Of a stretch of 64,000 nucleotides of DNA, positions 29,253-38,788 are shown piece after piece (position 1 is the first letter of the stretch; the number at the start of each line of letters is the position of its first letter). The notes beneath the pieces were generated by a model that made no database searches, was not told where the DNA came from, and saw only the letters and a program-made list of their open reading frames with translations. The translations under genes were made by a program, and so were the position numbers. This DNA is from an uncultured Gammaproteobacteria bacterium (lineage in GTDB: Bacteria > Patescibacteriota > Patescibacteriia > Magasanikbacterales > GWA2-37-8): positions 15,148 through 79,147 of the forward strand of contig CAZETA010000001.1 in the NCBI GenBank assembly GCA_964514995.1, given 5' to 3'.

Positions 29253-29819
29253 TTAAAACTTCACCTGTACATTTTCTCGTTGCGCGGCATCAGTCTGGAA
29301 GAATTCGTATTTCTTAAATCCTAGTGAGTTGGCAATAAGGTTGGTAGGGAAAACCTGAATTTTGGTGTTGAAATCGCGGACATTGCCGTTGTAGAAGCGG
29401 CGAGAAGCCTGGATTTTATTTTCCGTATCACTGATTTCATCTTGTAGTTGCAAGAAATTCTGACTGGCCTTAAGATCAGGATAATTTTCAGAAACCGCAA
29501 ATAAAGTTTTGAGAGTGCCGGACAGCATATTTTCCGCTTGTTCTTTTTCTTGCAAAGTGGCACCCTGTTTGTTCTGCACAGCCATAGCCGCAGTACGAGC
29601 CTCGGTCAGTTTTACCAGTGTATTTTGTTCGTGAGTCATATAGCCCTTTACCGTCTCCACCAAATTTGGAATCAAATCATAACGGCGTTTGGTCTGGACA
29701 TCGATATCGCTAAAGGCTTCGTCAACTCTGTTTTTTGAACGGATCAAACCGTTGTAGACAGCAATAAGCCATAAAGCGATTACGGCTATAGCTGCGAGTA
29801 CTATATATGCTACGGACAT
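29253..29819 (-). CDS. LemA family protein.
   Basis: N-terminal TM, then a NYPDLKA...FYN-containing region typical of LemA. Confidence 0.7.
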   Translation of the reverse strand: MSVAYIVLAAIAVIALWLIAVYNGLIRSKNRVDEAFSDIDVQTKRRYDLIPNLVETVKGYMTHEQNTLVKLTEARTAAMAVQNKQGATLQEKEQAENMLSGTLKTLFAVSENYPDLKASQNFLQLQDEISDTENKIQASRRFYNGNVRDFNTKIQVFPTNLIANSLGFKKYEFFQTDAAQRENVQVKF

Positions 29820-29937
29820 ACAATTAGTTAAAAGTTAAAGGTTTTAAAGTCAAAAGTCCTAATGGGTAGGCTATTGGCTTTTTTATTACCTTAGTATATG
29901 ATATAGCCATAAAAATAACAAGTTTACATACTTATAT

Positions 29938-31098
29938 ATGGTCACTTTGTTAATATTTGTAGCTGTTCTATTAGTATTGGTAGTTTCCCACGAATTTGGG
30001 CATTTTATTGCAGCCCGCAAGAGCGGGATGAAAGTCCATGAGTTTGGTTTTGGTTTTCCGCCTCGATTATTTGGTTTGCAATCCAGAAAAGATGAAACTG
30101 GCAAAAGAATTTGGAAATTTGTTTGGGGCAAACAACAGCCAGACGAAAATTTTGGCACACTGTATTCGGTTAATTTATTACCGCTCGGTGGGTTTGTAAA
30201 AATCAAAGGTGAAGATGGCGAAGAAGCCGGGCCAGATAGTTTTGCCGCCCAAAAAGCATGGAAACGAGGAGTAACACTGCTAGCTGGAGTGTTTATGAAC
30301 ATCTTGCTTGCACTTGTATTTCTATCAATCGCTTTTATGCTCGGCGCGCCACAAGCGACCGATAGTCTGCCACCTGATGCCAGAGTAGAGAATGCCCATC
30401 TAGAAATTATGGATGCGATAGTGGGCAAACCGGCAAGCGAGGCCGGATTGCAAAGCGGTGATGTTATTGTCAGCTTGGATTCTGCAGAAATTATAACCGT
30501 AAAAGAATTGCTTGCGTATATAGAGGCGCATAAAAATAATGAAATACAGGTGGTGGTAAAACGAGGCGATGAAATAGTAGAAAAAAATATCAAGCCGCTC
30601 GTGCATGCAGATAGTGGCAAAGCCGAGATCGGCGTCGCTCTAGTTGAAGTCGGTACAGTCAAGTATCCATGGTACAAAGCTATTTATTACGGTTTTGTCA
30701 TGACCGGATTGTATCTCAAACAAATCGTCTTATCTTTTTATTATCTAATTTCCCAACTGTTTGCTGGCGCACCAGTCGGAGAAGCGCTGTCTGGTCCGGT
30801 GGGTATCGCCGTGATGACTGGCAAGGTAGCCAAGCTTGGTTTCAATTATCTGCTTAACTTTATGGCGTTGCTATCTCTCAATTTGGCTATTATCAACGTC
30901 TTGCCAATCCCAGCACTTGATGGCGGGAGATTTTTGTTCTTGTTGATTAGTAAGATTAAAGGCAAGCCGCTCAATCAGAAATATGAACAGATAGCGCATG
31001 GCATTGGATTTTTTGTTTTGATTTCATTGGTGGTATTAATTACGATTAAAGACTTGGGAAATTTTGGAGGATTTTTTACGAATTTGTTTAATAGGTAG
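29938..31098 (+). CDS. rseP: Site-2 protease RseP (M50) with a PDZ domain.
   Basis: HEFGHFIAAR zinc motif, PDZ segment, LDGG motif in the C-terminal TM region. Confidence 0.8.
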   Translation: MVTLLIFVAVLLVLVVSHEFGHFIAARKSGMKVHEFGFGFPPRLFGLQSRKDETGKRIWKFVWGKQQPDENFGTLYSVNLLPLGGFVKIKGEDGEEAGPDSFAAQKAWKRGVTLLAGVFMNILLALVFLSIAFMLGAPQATDSLPPDARVENAHLEIMDAIVGKPASEAGLQSGDVIVSLDSAEIITVKELLAYIEAHKNNEIQVVVKRGDEIVEKNIKPLVHADSGKAEIGVALVEVGTVKYPWYKAIYYGFVMTGLYLKQIVLSFYYLISQLFAGAPVGEALSGPVGIAVMTGKVAKLGFNYLLNFMALLSLNLAIINVLPIPALDGGRFLFLLISKIKGKPLNQKYEQIAHGIGFFVLISLVVLITIKDLGNFGGFFTNLFNR

Positions 31099-31109
31099 GA
31101 AGATTGTGT

Positions 31110-32141
31110 ATGAAAGAAAAATTAGAACAATTAAAGACCGAGGCTTTATCAGCACTGCAATCAGTTAAAGACAAATTGCAATTAGAAGAACTGGAAAACA
31201 AACTGCTTGGCCGCAAGGGCGGTCAGCTTACCGAACTCTTAAAAGGTCTGAAAGATCTGACTGAGGATGCACGAAAAGAAGTTGGTCAGATGGCAAATGA
31301 AGTAAAGAAAAATCTAGAAGAACTATTTGCAAACAAGAAAAAAGAATTTGTAGCTCAGGAAATGTCAGGACTGCTTGAGAAAGAATATATCGATATTACG
31401 CAGCCAGTATTGCCTCCGCAAACAGTTGGCCATTTACATCCCAATACTATTATCCAAAACGACTTGGAAGATCTTTTTACGTCCATGGGCTTTATGGTGT
31501 TAGATGGTCCAGAACTAGAAAGTGAATATTATAATTTCACTGCTTTAAATATCCCACAGAATCATCCGGCACGGGACATGCAGGATACCTTCTATATCAA
31601 AGATCATCCAGATTGGGTGATGCGGACGCATACATCGCCCGTGCAGGTACGGTCTATGCAAAAATACGGCGCGCCGCTACGTGGTATTGTGCCGGGGAAA
31701 TGTTTCCGTAATGAAGCTACTGACGTTCGTCACGAACATACTTTTTATCAGCTTGAAGGATTGATGGTGGATAAAGGAATCAGCTTTGCGCATATGAAAG
31801 GCGTCTTACAGTCAGTCTTTCAATATATTTTTGGTCCAGAAACCAAGATTCGTCTGCGGCCGAAATTTTATCCCTTCGTAGAGCCAGGAGTAAATGGGGA
31901 AGTAACTTGTTATTTGTGCAAAGGTTCTGGCTGCAGAGTGTGTAAGCAGACTGGCTGGCTTGAGGTGTTTGGCGCAGGTATGATTCATCCAAATGTCTTG
32001 CGAGAAGGAAATGTTGACCCAAGTGTTTATCAAGGATTTGCCTTTGGTTTTGGATTGACGAGACTGGTGATGTTAAAATATGGCATAGAAGATGTGCGAT
32101 TATTGGAAAGTGGAAATTTGAAATTTTTGGAACAGTTTTAG
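31110..32141 (+). CDS. pheS: Phenylalanine--tRNA ligase alpha subunit.
   Basis: Class II aaRS motifs (FRNE..D..H...FHQLEG, GxGxGxxR). ATG at 31110 preceded by aggtaggaag. Confidence 0.9.
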   Translation: MKEKLEQLKTEALSALQSVKDKLQLEELENKLLGRKGGQLTELLKGLKDLTEDARKEVGQMANEVKKNLEELFANKKKEFVAQEMSGLLEKEYIDITQPVLPPQTVGHLHPNTIIQNDLEDLFTSMGFMVLDGPELESEYYNFTALNIPQNHPARDMQDTFYIKDHPDWVMRTHTSPVQVRSMQKYGAPLRGIVPGKCFRNEATDVRHEHTFYQLEGLMVDKGISFAHMKGVLQSVFQYIFGPETKIRLRPKFYPFVEPGVNGEVTCYLCKGSGCRVCKQTGWLEVFGAGMIHPNVLREGNVDPSVYQGFAFGFGLTRLVMLKYGIEDVRLLESGNLKFLEQF

Positions 32142-32149
32142 ATTAAAAT

Positions 32150-32335
32150 ATGGGAAATCAACAGCAGTTTAGTTTTAAAAGAATGTTAAAAGTATTAGGA
32201 ATTAGTCTCGGTATTTTTTCAATTGCTACAATTTTGTTTACTAGTGGAATTTTTGCCCTTATTAAAATTAATGATAAAACTACATGTGAAGCAGTAAAAA
32301 AGGGTGCTATTAATGAGAATGAAATAGTATGTTAG
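32150..32335 (+). CDS. Small hypothetical membrane protein between pheS and pheT.
   Basis: 61-aa ORF with one TM helix. Overlaps the pheT start by 7 nt. Confidence 0.3.
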   Translation: MGNQQQFSFKRMLKVLGISLGIFSIATILFTSGIFALIKINDKTTCEAVKKGAINENEIVC

Positions 32336-34776
32336 TCTCCTATAATTGGCTCAAAAAATTCGTTAATCTTTCTGATTCCACTGCGCCTGAGGAAGTAGCC
32401 GCTCGGCTGAAGGCAAGTACCGTGGAAGTAGAAAATATAGAAGTCCAAGGAAAAAATTTGGAGAATGTTGTAATTGGGAAGATTCTATCTGTAGAAAAAC
32501 ATCCCAATGCCGATAAATTGAAAGTCTGTATAGTTGATGTTGGGAGTGAAAAATTACAAATTGTCTGTGGCGGTAGCAATGTAGCCGCGGGGATGCAGGT
32601 GGCGCTCGCCAAAGTCGGCGCTAAAGTGAAATGGCATGGAGAGGGTGAATTGATAGAGCTCAAACCAACCAAAATTCGTGACGTAGAGTCTGCAGGCATG
32701 ATTTGTGCCTCTACCGAAATCGGACTGGGTGAGGTATTTCCTCTCAAAGAAGAAAAAGAAATTTTAGATCTATCATTTATCAAAGCCAAGCCGGGAACGC
32801 CGCTGGTCAAGGCGTTAGAGCTCAATGACGCAATTTTAGAAATTGATAACAAGTCACTGAGCAACCGCCCTGATTTGTGGGGCCACTACGGTATGGCTAG
32901 AGAAGTGGCGGTGTTATTTAATAAAAATTTAAAGGAGTATAAGACAGGCAAGATCAAGGCTGGAAAAGAAATGAGTATTAAAGTCGTAGTTGAAGATGGT
33001 AAGTTGTGTCCGCGGTATATGGCCGTGGCTGTGTCTGGGGTGAAAGTCGGCCCTTCGCCGGAATGGTTGAAAAAATGTTTGATGGCAGTAGGTCTCCGCA
33101 GTATCAATAATATCGTAGACATTACAAATTTTGTCATGCTTGATTTGGGTCAGCCGATGCACGCGTTTGATGCCCAGCAATTAGCAGATGGTAATAAACA
33201 AATAACAATACAAGTCCGAAACGCCAAAGAGGGAGAAGAGTTTGTGACGCTTGATGAGCAGGTGAGAAAACTAGACTCTTCCATGTTGATGATTTGTACG
33301 GAGGATAAGTCATTGGCTATCGCTGGTGTGATGGGTGGCCTGCATAGCGGTATCACCGAGCAGACCAGCACTATCGTTTTTGAATCAGCTAATTTCGATG
33401 CCGCTGCTATTCGCAGCACTTCCACTAAGTTAGGTTTGCGCAGCGACTCTTCGGCCCGATTTGAAAAGAGTTTGGACCCACACATGACTGCGCTTGCTTT
33501 GCAAAAAGCGGTTGAGCTTGTATTGCAGATTTGTCCGGGAGCGAAAGTTGCCACTAAAGTCGTCGACGAATCAAAATTTAGTCTCAAGCAAGGGCCGATA
33601 CAATTTAATTTAAATTTAGTAGAAAGAAAAATTGGTATTGCTTTGCCGAAAAAAGAGGTAACAAAAATTTTAGAACAATTAGGTTTTGAGATAAAAGAAA
33701 AAAAAGATGAATGGTCGGTCAAAATTCCGAGTTGGCGCGCGACCAAAGACATTTCTATTGCCGAAGATTTAGTGGAAGAGATTGTCCGTGTGTACGGTTA
33801 TGATAAAATTCCGTCCATGATGCCAGATTTTCCTATTAACCCGCCGGAAGAAAATAAATTGCGACAATTAGAACGGAAAGTTAAGAATGTATTAGTAAAT
33901 TCTTTGCAATATACAGAAGTCTATAATTATTCTTTTGTCAGTGGCAGCCAGATAGAAAAGATGGAAGATGATGTTTTGAAATATGTTGCCTTAGATAATC
34001 CGTTGTCAAAAGAGAAGCCATATCTCCGCCGTTGTCTATTATTAAATCTGTTAGAAAACACAGAGCGTAATCAGGCAGGTAAAGAGAGTTTGAAATTATT
34101 TGAAATCGGTAAAGTTTTCAGATCAGAAGATCCTGGGTTTAAAGTAGAGATAAGCGCCGACGCTTTGTTGCCGGGACAAGATACTTGGCTTACTACCGTA
34201 TGTACGGATAAGAGAACCGAGACTCCGTTTTGGGAAGCAAAAAAAATTGTCGAATTGTTTGGGCAAACGATCTTGCCGGGATTGTTAGCTGCAAAATCAG
34301 AAATTGTTGGTATCGGAAGGCATCCGGCCCGATGTGCCGATTTAGTTATGCGGGATAAAATAGTTGGTTCAGTGTATGAGTTGCATCCGCTCGTAGCCCA
34401 GAATTTTGGTGTAGAGGGACGTGTGGGGGTAGTGAAGTTAAATCTAAGCGAAGTGGTCGAGATGGCACAGGTAGAAAAGAAGTATATTTCTTTGGTTGAA
34501 TTTCCGTCGGTAGAGCGTGACGTTGCTTTTGTGGTAAGTAAACATACTTCACACGCCGATGTTGTGATGGCTGTAGCTAATATCGATCCATTACTTAAAT
34601 CAGTAGAATTATTTGATGTGTACGAGGGCGCAAATCTTGGCGCAGATAAAAAAAGCATGGCCTATCGACTGGTGTATCAAGATTCTTCCCGCACACTCGT
34701 GACGGAAGAAGTGGAAAAAGCGCATCAGAAAGTAGTTAATCTTCTAAAAGAAAAATTTAAGGCGGAGATACGGTAA
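32329..34776 (+). CDS. pheT: Phenylalanine--tRNA ligase beta subunit.
   Basis: N-terminal tRNA-binding (EMAP-like) domain, B3/B4 and B5 domains, C-terminal FDX-ACB domain. Confidence 0.9.
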   Translation: MLVSYNWLKKFVNLSDSTAPEEVAARLKASTVEVENIEVQGKNLENVVIGKILSVEKHPNADKLKVCIVDVGSEKLQIVCGGSNVAAGMQVALAKVGAKVKWHGEGELIELKPTKIRDVESAGMICASTEIGLGEVFPLKEEKEILDLSFIKAKPGTPLVKALELNDAILEIDNKSLSNRPDLWGHYGMAREVAVLFNKNLKEYKTGKIKAGKEMSIKVVVEDGKLCPRYMAVAVSGVKVGPSPEWLKKCLMAVGLRSINNIVDITNFVMLDLGQPMHAFDAQQLADGNKQITIQVRNAKEGEEFVTLDEQVRKLDSSMLMICTEDKSLAIAGVMGGLHSGITEQTSTIVFESANFDAAAIRSTSTKLGLRSDSSARFEKSLDPHMTALALQKAVELVLQICPGAKVATKVVDESKFSLKQGPIQFNLNLVERKIGIALPKKEVTKILEQLGFEIKEKKDEWSVKIPSWRATKDISIAEDLVEEIVRVYGYDKIPSMMPDFPINPPEENKLRQLERKVKNVLVNSLQYTEVYNYSFVSGSQIEKMEDDVLKYVALDNPLSKEKPYLRRCLLLNLLENTERNQAGKESLKLFEIGKVFRSEDPGFKVEISADALLPGQDTWLTTVCTDKRTETPFWEAKKIVELFGQTILPGLLAAKSEIVGIGRHPARCADLVMRDKIVGSVYELHPLVAQNFGVEGRVGVVKLNLSEVVEMAQVEKKYISLVEFPSVERDVAFVVSKHTSHADVVMAVANIDPLLKSVELFDVYEGANLGADKKSMAYRLVYQDSSRTLVTEEVEKAHQKVVNLLKEKFKAEIR

Positions 34777-34851
34777 TTTTTTCTTGACACAAATTTTTGT
34801 GGATGAGATAATATGATTATATTAAATTAATTTTTTAATTTTGGAGGGAAT

Positions 34852-35238
34852 ATGATTGAATCTTCAAAAGATATTTTATATCTCGTCATCGCGTTCTGTG
34901 TATTGTGGGTTACCGTATTTCTTTGTTGGATGTTCTATTACGTGACTAGAATTTTAAAAAATGCCAATCAGATCGCCGAGGAGTTTCGTTCCCGATTGCA
35001 AATGCTTACTGAAGCAATTAATTATTTGCGAGATAAGGTGGAAAATATTCATGGACTGTTGAGTATGGCTAGCGGCGGAGTGGCGGGAATGGTAAAAAGT
35101 GTGGTAAGCAAGAAAGCTACGGAGTGGATTAATAAGGGTTCGGCCAGAGCAAATACTGCGGCTAGAGACGCGGTAGAAAAAGCCGTTGAAGCCACGGCAA
35201 AAAAGATGAAAAAGACCGTGAAGAATATAAAAAAATAA
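34852..35238 (+). CDS. Hypothetical small membrane/coiled-coil protein.
   Basis: N-terminal TM plus a coiled coil, followed by a strong terminator. Confidence 0.4.
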   Translation: MIESSKDILYLVIAFCVLWVTVFLCWMFYYVTRILKNANQIAEEFRSRLQMLTEAINYLRDKVENIHGLLSMASGGVAGMVKSVVSKKATEWINKGSARANTAARDAVEKAVEATAKKMKKTVKNIKK

Positions 35239-35253
35239 ACACTTATATAACAG

Positions 35254-35281
35254 AAAACTCCCACGTAATGGGAGTTTTTTA
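35254..35281 (+). terminator. Rho-independent terminator.
   Basis: aaaactccca cgtaa tgggagtttttt. Confidence 0.65.
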
Positions 35282-35314
35282 GTCGTTGATTTTGTTGTTT
35301 CTTTGGGGTAAGAT

Positions 35315-38300
35315 ATGAAAACTATGTCAGACTTTGTTCACCTCCATAACCACTCCCATTATTCTCTGCTTGATGCGCTGCCAAAAGTAGACGAGCTGGT
35401 TGGTCGTGCCAAAAAATTAGGTTACACTGCTTTGGCTCTGACTGACCACGGCAATATGTATGGCGCCATCGAATTCTATGAGGCATGTCAGAAAGAAGGT
35501 ATCAAACCGATTATCGGTGTAGAAGTGTATATCGCTGCGGGTAGTCATTTGGAAAAAAATCGAGAAGAGAATACCTATCACCTGGTGCTTCTCGCTCTCA
35601 ATTATGCGGGCTATAAAAATTTAATGAAGCTCATTTCTATTTCGCAGCTGGAAGGATTCACCGATAAGCCGCGGGTGGATAAAGAATTATTAAAACAATA
35701 TCACGAAGGAGTAGTGGCGTTATCAGGTTGTCTTGAAGGTGAGATACCGTGGATTTTGCGCAAAGAAGATAATTATGCGAAGTCAAAAAAAGTCGCTTTG
35801 GAGTACCAAGATATTTTTGGAATCGGAAATTTTTATTTAGAGATGATGGATTTACCGGCGCTAGAAGGACAGATGGATGTGAATACTAAATTGGCGCAGT
35901 TGTCTGCTGAGACAGGCATACCGCTCATCGTCACTCGTGATACGCACTATCTCGAGCCTCAGGACGCCGAGGCGCAGGATGTCCTTACCTGTATTCGCGA
36001 CGGCCAAACTCTGGAGAACGATAGTCGTAACAGTATGAGCGCGGTTGATTATTCTTTCTGCGCGCCCAAAGATATCATCAGTCGTTTCAAACACATTCCG
36101 CAGGCTATAGAAAACACCGTGAAGTTGGCAGAGCGAGTGGATTTGAAATTGGAATTAAATAAATGGCATTTTCCGGATATCAAAATTCCGGATGGGAAAA
36201 CCGCGGACGAGTATTTGCGGGAGCAGGTGTATGAAAAATTGCCGAAACGGATCGAGATGACTGAAGAGGTAAAGAAACGCGCTGATTACGAGCTAGATAT
36301 TATTGCCAAGAAGGGCTATTCGCCATATTTTTTGACCGTAGCTGATTATATCAATTACGCTCGGGATAATGGCATTATGGTGACCACTCGCGGCTCGGCG
36401 GCTGGCTCTGTTGTTTCCTTTGCTATGGGTATTGTCATGGACAATCCGTTGTATTTTAAGTTGCCGTTTGAGCGCTTCCTGAATCCATTTCGTCCGAGTC
36501 CTCCCGATATTGACGGCGATTTTGCCGACGATAGGCGCGATGAGATGATTGCTTATGTGACCAAAAAATATGGCGCCGATAAAGTCGCGCAGATCATTAC
36601 CTTTGGTACGATGGCGGCGCGAGGCGCGGTGCGCGATGTGGGCCGAGCGCTTGGCTATTCATATTCGTTTTGTGATCAGATTTCCAAGCTGATTCCATTT
36701 GGCGCCCAAGGGTTTCAGATGACGATTGCTAAAGCGTTAACCCTTGAACCAGAACTTAAAAAGTTATATGACAAGAACGCAGAGGTGAAACGGCTGCTTG
36801 ATCTCGCGCAAAAAGTAGAGGGTTGCGCCCGGCATACCTCTATTCACGCGGCGGGCGTGGTGATTTCCCCTACACCGCTTACGGATTTTACTCCCGTGCA
36901 ACTTGAAACCGGCGGGGATAAAACCGTCACTCAATATGAAATGCATGCGGTAGAGGCGGCCGGAGTGCTTAAGATGGATTTTTTGGGCATCCGCAATCTT
37001 TCTATCCTTGGTAACGCTATCGAGATTATCGAGAAAACAACCGGCCAAAAAATAAATGTCTACAATTTGTATCCATGGAATGACAAAAAAACATATGAGA
37101 TGTTGGCGCGCGGAGAAACAGTCGGTGTCTTTCAGATGTCCAGTTCCGGCATGACTAGATACTTAAAAGAACTGAAGCCCAGCTCTATTTTTGATATCAT
37201 GGCCATGGTGGCCCTGTTTCGTCCGGGGCCTATGGATTCAATCCCGAGCTATATTGAGCGTCAGCAAAATCCTCAGACGATTGAGTATGAAGATCCGCGC
37301 ATGAAAGACTATCTCGATCAATCTCTGGGGTTGATTGTGTACCAGGATGACGTGCTTCTGACCGCTATCAATTTAGCCGGATACAATTGGGAAGAAGCCG
37401 ACAAATTCCGTAAGGCCATGGGTAAAAAAATTCCCGAAGAAATGGCTAAGCAGAAAGAGAAATTTTATAAAGGCGCTAAGGAGTTCGGAAAATTGTCTCA
37501 AGAAAAAATCGATCGCTTGTGGGAACGCATCGAGCCGTTTGCGGCGTATGGGTTCAATAAAGCGCATGCGGCCAGCTATGCGGTCGTGGCGTATCAGACG
37601 GCATATCTCAAAGCAAATTTTCCGGTGCAATATATGACGGCGGTACTTATCGCAGAAAGTGGTGATATTGATAAAGTCCCCGAAATCATCCATGAATGCG
37701 AGCGCATGGGTGTAAAAGTCTTGCCGCCCGATATCAATGAAAGTTTCAAGAGTTTTGCCATGATCCCCGGTACAGAGGGTGAGCAGGCCCATATTCGGTT
37801 TGGCTTAAACGGTATTAAAAATCTTGGTGAAAACATTGCTGAAGCAATCTATCGTGAGCGCAAGGCAAATGGGAAGTACAAAGACCTGCAAGACTTATTA
37901 ACCAGAGTGACAGATAAAGATCTCAATAAGAAATCAATAGAGAGTTTGATCAAATGCGGCGCTTTGGATGGTTTTGGTCATGATCGAGGGGTGTTGCTCG
38001 CCAATATTGATAACCTGCTTTCGTTTGTAAAACAAACTCGCGATGATCGACAGGTTTCATCCCAGCATTCATTGTTTAGTGGTACGAGCATCGATACAGT
38101 GGTCAAATTAAAGTTGGCAGAAGCGGTAAATGCGACCGAAGCGGAAAAATTAACTTGGGAGAAAGAATTATTGGGATTGTATATTACTTCTCATCCATTT
38201 AGCTTTTATCAGGAACAGATGAAAGCAGCCTTGGTGCCCCTCAAAGATCTATCCAGTCAAGCCCGCAACCAATGGGTAGTGGTGGGCGGCATGATTGATT

Positions 38301-38788
38301 CTACAAAGAAAAAAATTACCCGTAGTGGCAAAGCGATGATGTTTGTAAAAATTTTGGATACCACTAGCAGTTTGGAGTTATTGGTCTTTCCAAAAACCTA
38401 CGAAACCACAGCCGATGTCTGGGTGGAAGGCAGGCCTGTGTGTGTGATTGGTCGTACTTCGGAGGAAGAAGGAGATGATAAATTGTTTGTAGAAAAGGCC
38501 TACGTACTAGGCAAAGATAATGTCGGTATGCTGGCACATCAGCTGTCTATGGGGAAAAGCGCAGCACCTGTAAAAGAATCTCCGCAAGAAAAATTGCTTG
38601 ATACATTTGATATCTTCTTAACGCAAGAGCAAATAAAAAATAATGCCGAGGTGATCAAGCAAATATTGGCAAAATATCCAGGAGAAAAGAAGGTGGTTTT
38701 GCGTGTCGGAGAAAAAAGTATCAACACTTCCTTTGTCGTTTCTGGCGAACCTGGCTTAGAAGAAGAATTGAGAACAATTATTGAGTAG
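35315..38788 (+). CDS. dnaE: DNA polymerase III alpha subunit.
   Basis: PHP domain (HLHNHSHYSLLD), polymerase core, OB fold. The true start may be the ATG at 35324 (MSDFVHLHNHS). Confidence 0.9.
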   Translation: MKTMSDFVHLHNHSHYSLLDALPKVDELVGRAKKLGYTALALTDHGNMYGAIEFYEACQKEGIKPIIGVEVYIAAGSHLEKNREENTYHLVLLALNYAGYKNLMKLISISQLEGFTDKPRVDKELLKQYHEGVVALSGCLEGEIPWILRKEDNYAKSKKVALEYQDIFGIGNFYLEMMDLPALEGQMDVNTKLAQLSAETGIPLIVTRDTHYLEPQDAEAQDVLTCIRDGQTLENDSRNSMSAVDYSFCAPKDIISRFKHIPQAIENTVKLAERVDLKLELNKWHFPDIKIPDGKTADEYLREQVYEKLPKRIEMTEEVKKRADYELDIIAKKGYSPYFLTVADYINYARDNGIMVTTRGSAAGSVVSFAMGIVMDNPLYFKLPFERFLNPFRPSPPDIDGDFADDRRDEMIAYVTKKYGADKVAQIITFGTMAARGAVRDVGRALGYSYSFCDQISKLIPFGAQGFQMTIAKALTLEPELKKLYDKNAEVKRLLDLAQKVEGCARHTSIHAAGVVISPTPLTDFTPVQLETGGDKTVTQYEMHAVEAAGVLKMDFLGIRNLSILGNAIEIIEKTTGQKINVYNLYPWNDKKTYEMLARGETVGVFQMSSSGMTRYLKELKPSSIFDIMAMVALFRPGPMDSIPSYIERQQNPQTIEYEDPRMKDYLDQSLGLIVYQDDVLLTAINLAGYNWEEADKFRKAMGKKIPEEMAKQKEKFYKGAKEFGKLSQEKIDRLWERIEPFAAYGFNKAHAASYAVVAYQTAYLKANFPVQYMTAVLIAESGDIDKVPEIIHECERMGVKVLPPDINESFKSFAMIPGTEGEQAHIRFGLNGIKNLGENIAEAIYRERKANGKYKDLQDLLTRVTDKDLNKKSIESLIKCGALDGFGHDRGVLLANIDNLLSFVKQTRDDRQVSSQHSLFSGTSIDTVVKLKLAEAVNATEAEKLTWEKELLGLYITSHPFSFYQEQMKAALVPLKDLSSQARNQWVVVGGMIDSTKKKITRSGKAMMFVKILDTTSSLELLVFPKTYETTADVWVEGRPVCVIGRTSEEEGDDKLFVEKAYVLGKDNVGMLAHQLSMGKSAAPVKESPQEKLLDTFDIFLTQEQIKNNAEVIKQILAKYPGEKKVVLRVGEKSINTSFVVSGEPGLEEELRTIIE

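Noticed and set aside
29886-30677. 263-aa ORF on the minus strand fully inside rseP.
   Set aside because: It is antisense to a confidently identified M50 protease gene (HEFGH motif, PDZ). The composition-driven open frame is low-complexity (Ser/Thr/Pro-rich). It is treated as spurious.
33150-34658. Two long minus-strand ORFs (200 and 195 aa) inside pheT, and similar antisense ORFs inside dnaE (36764-37048, 37373-37792) and infB (60736-61987).
   Set aside because: They are shadows of highly conserved coding genes on the opposite strand. No RBS or motif support.
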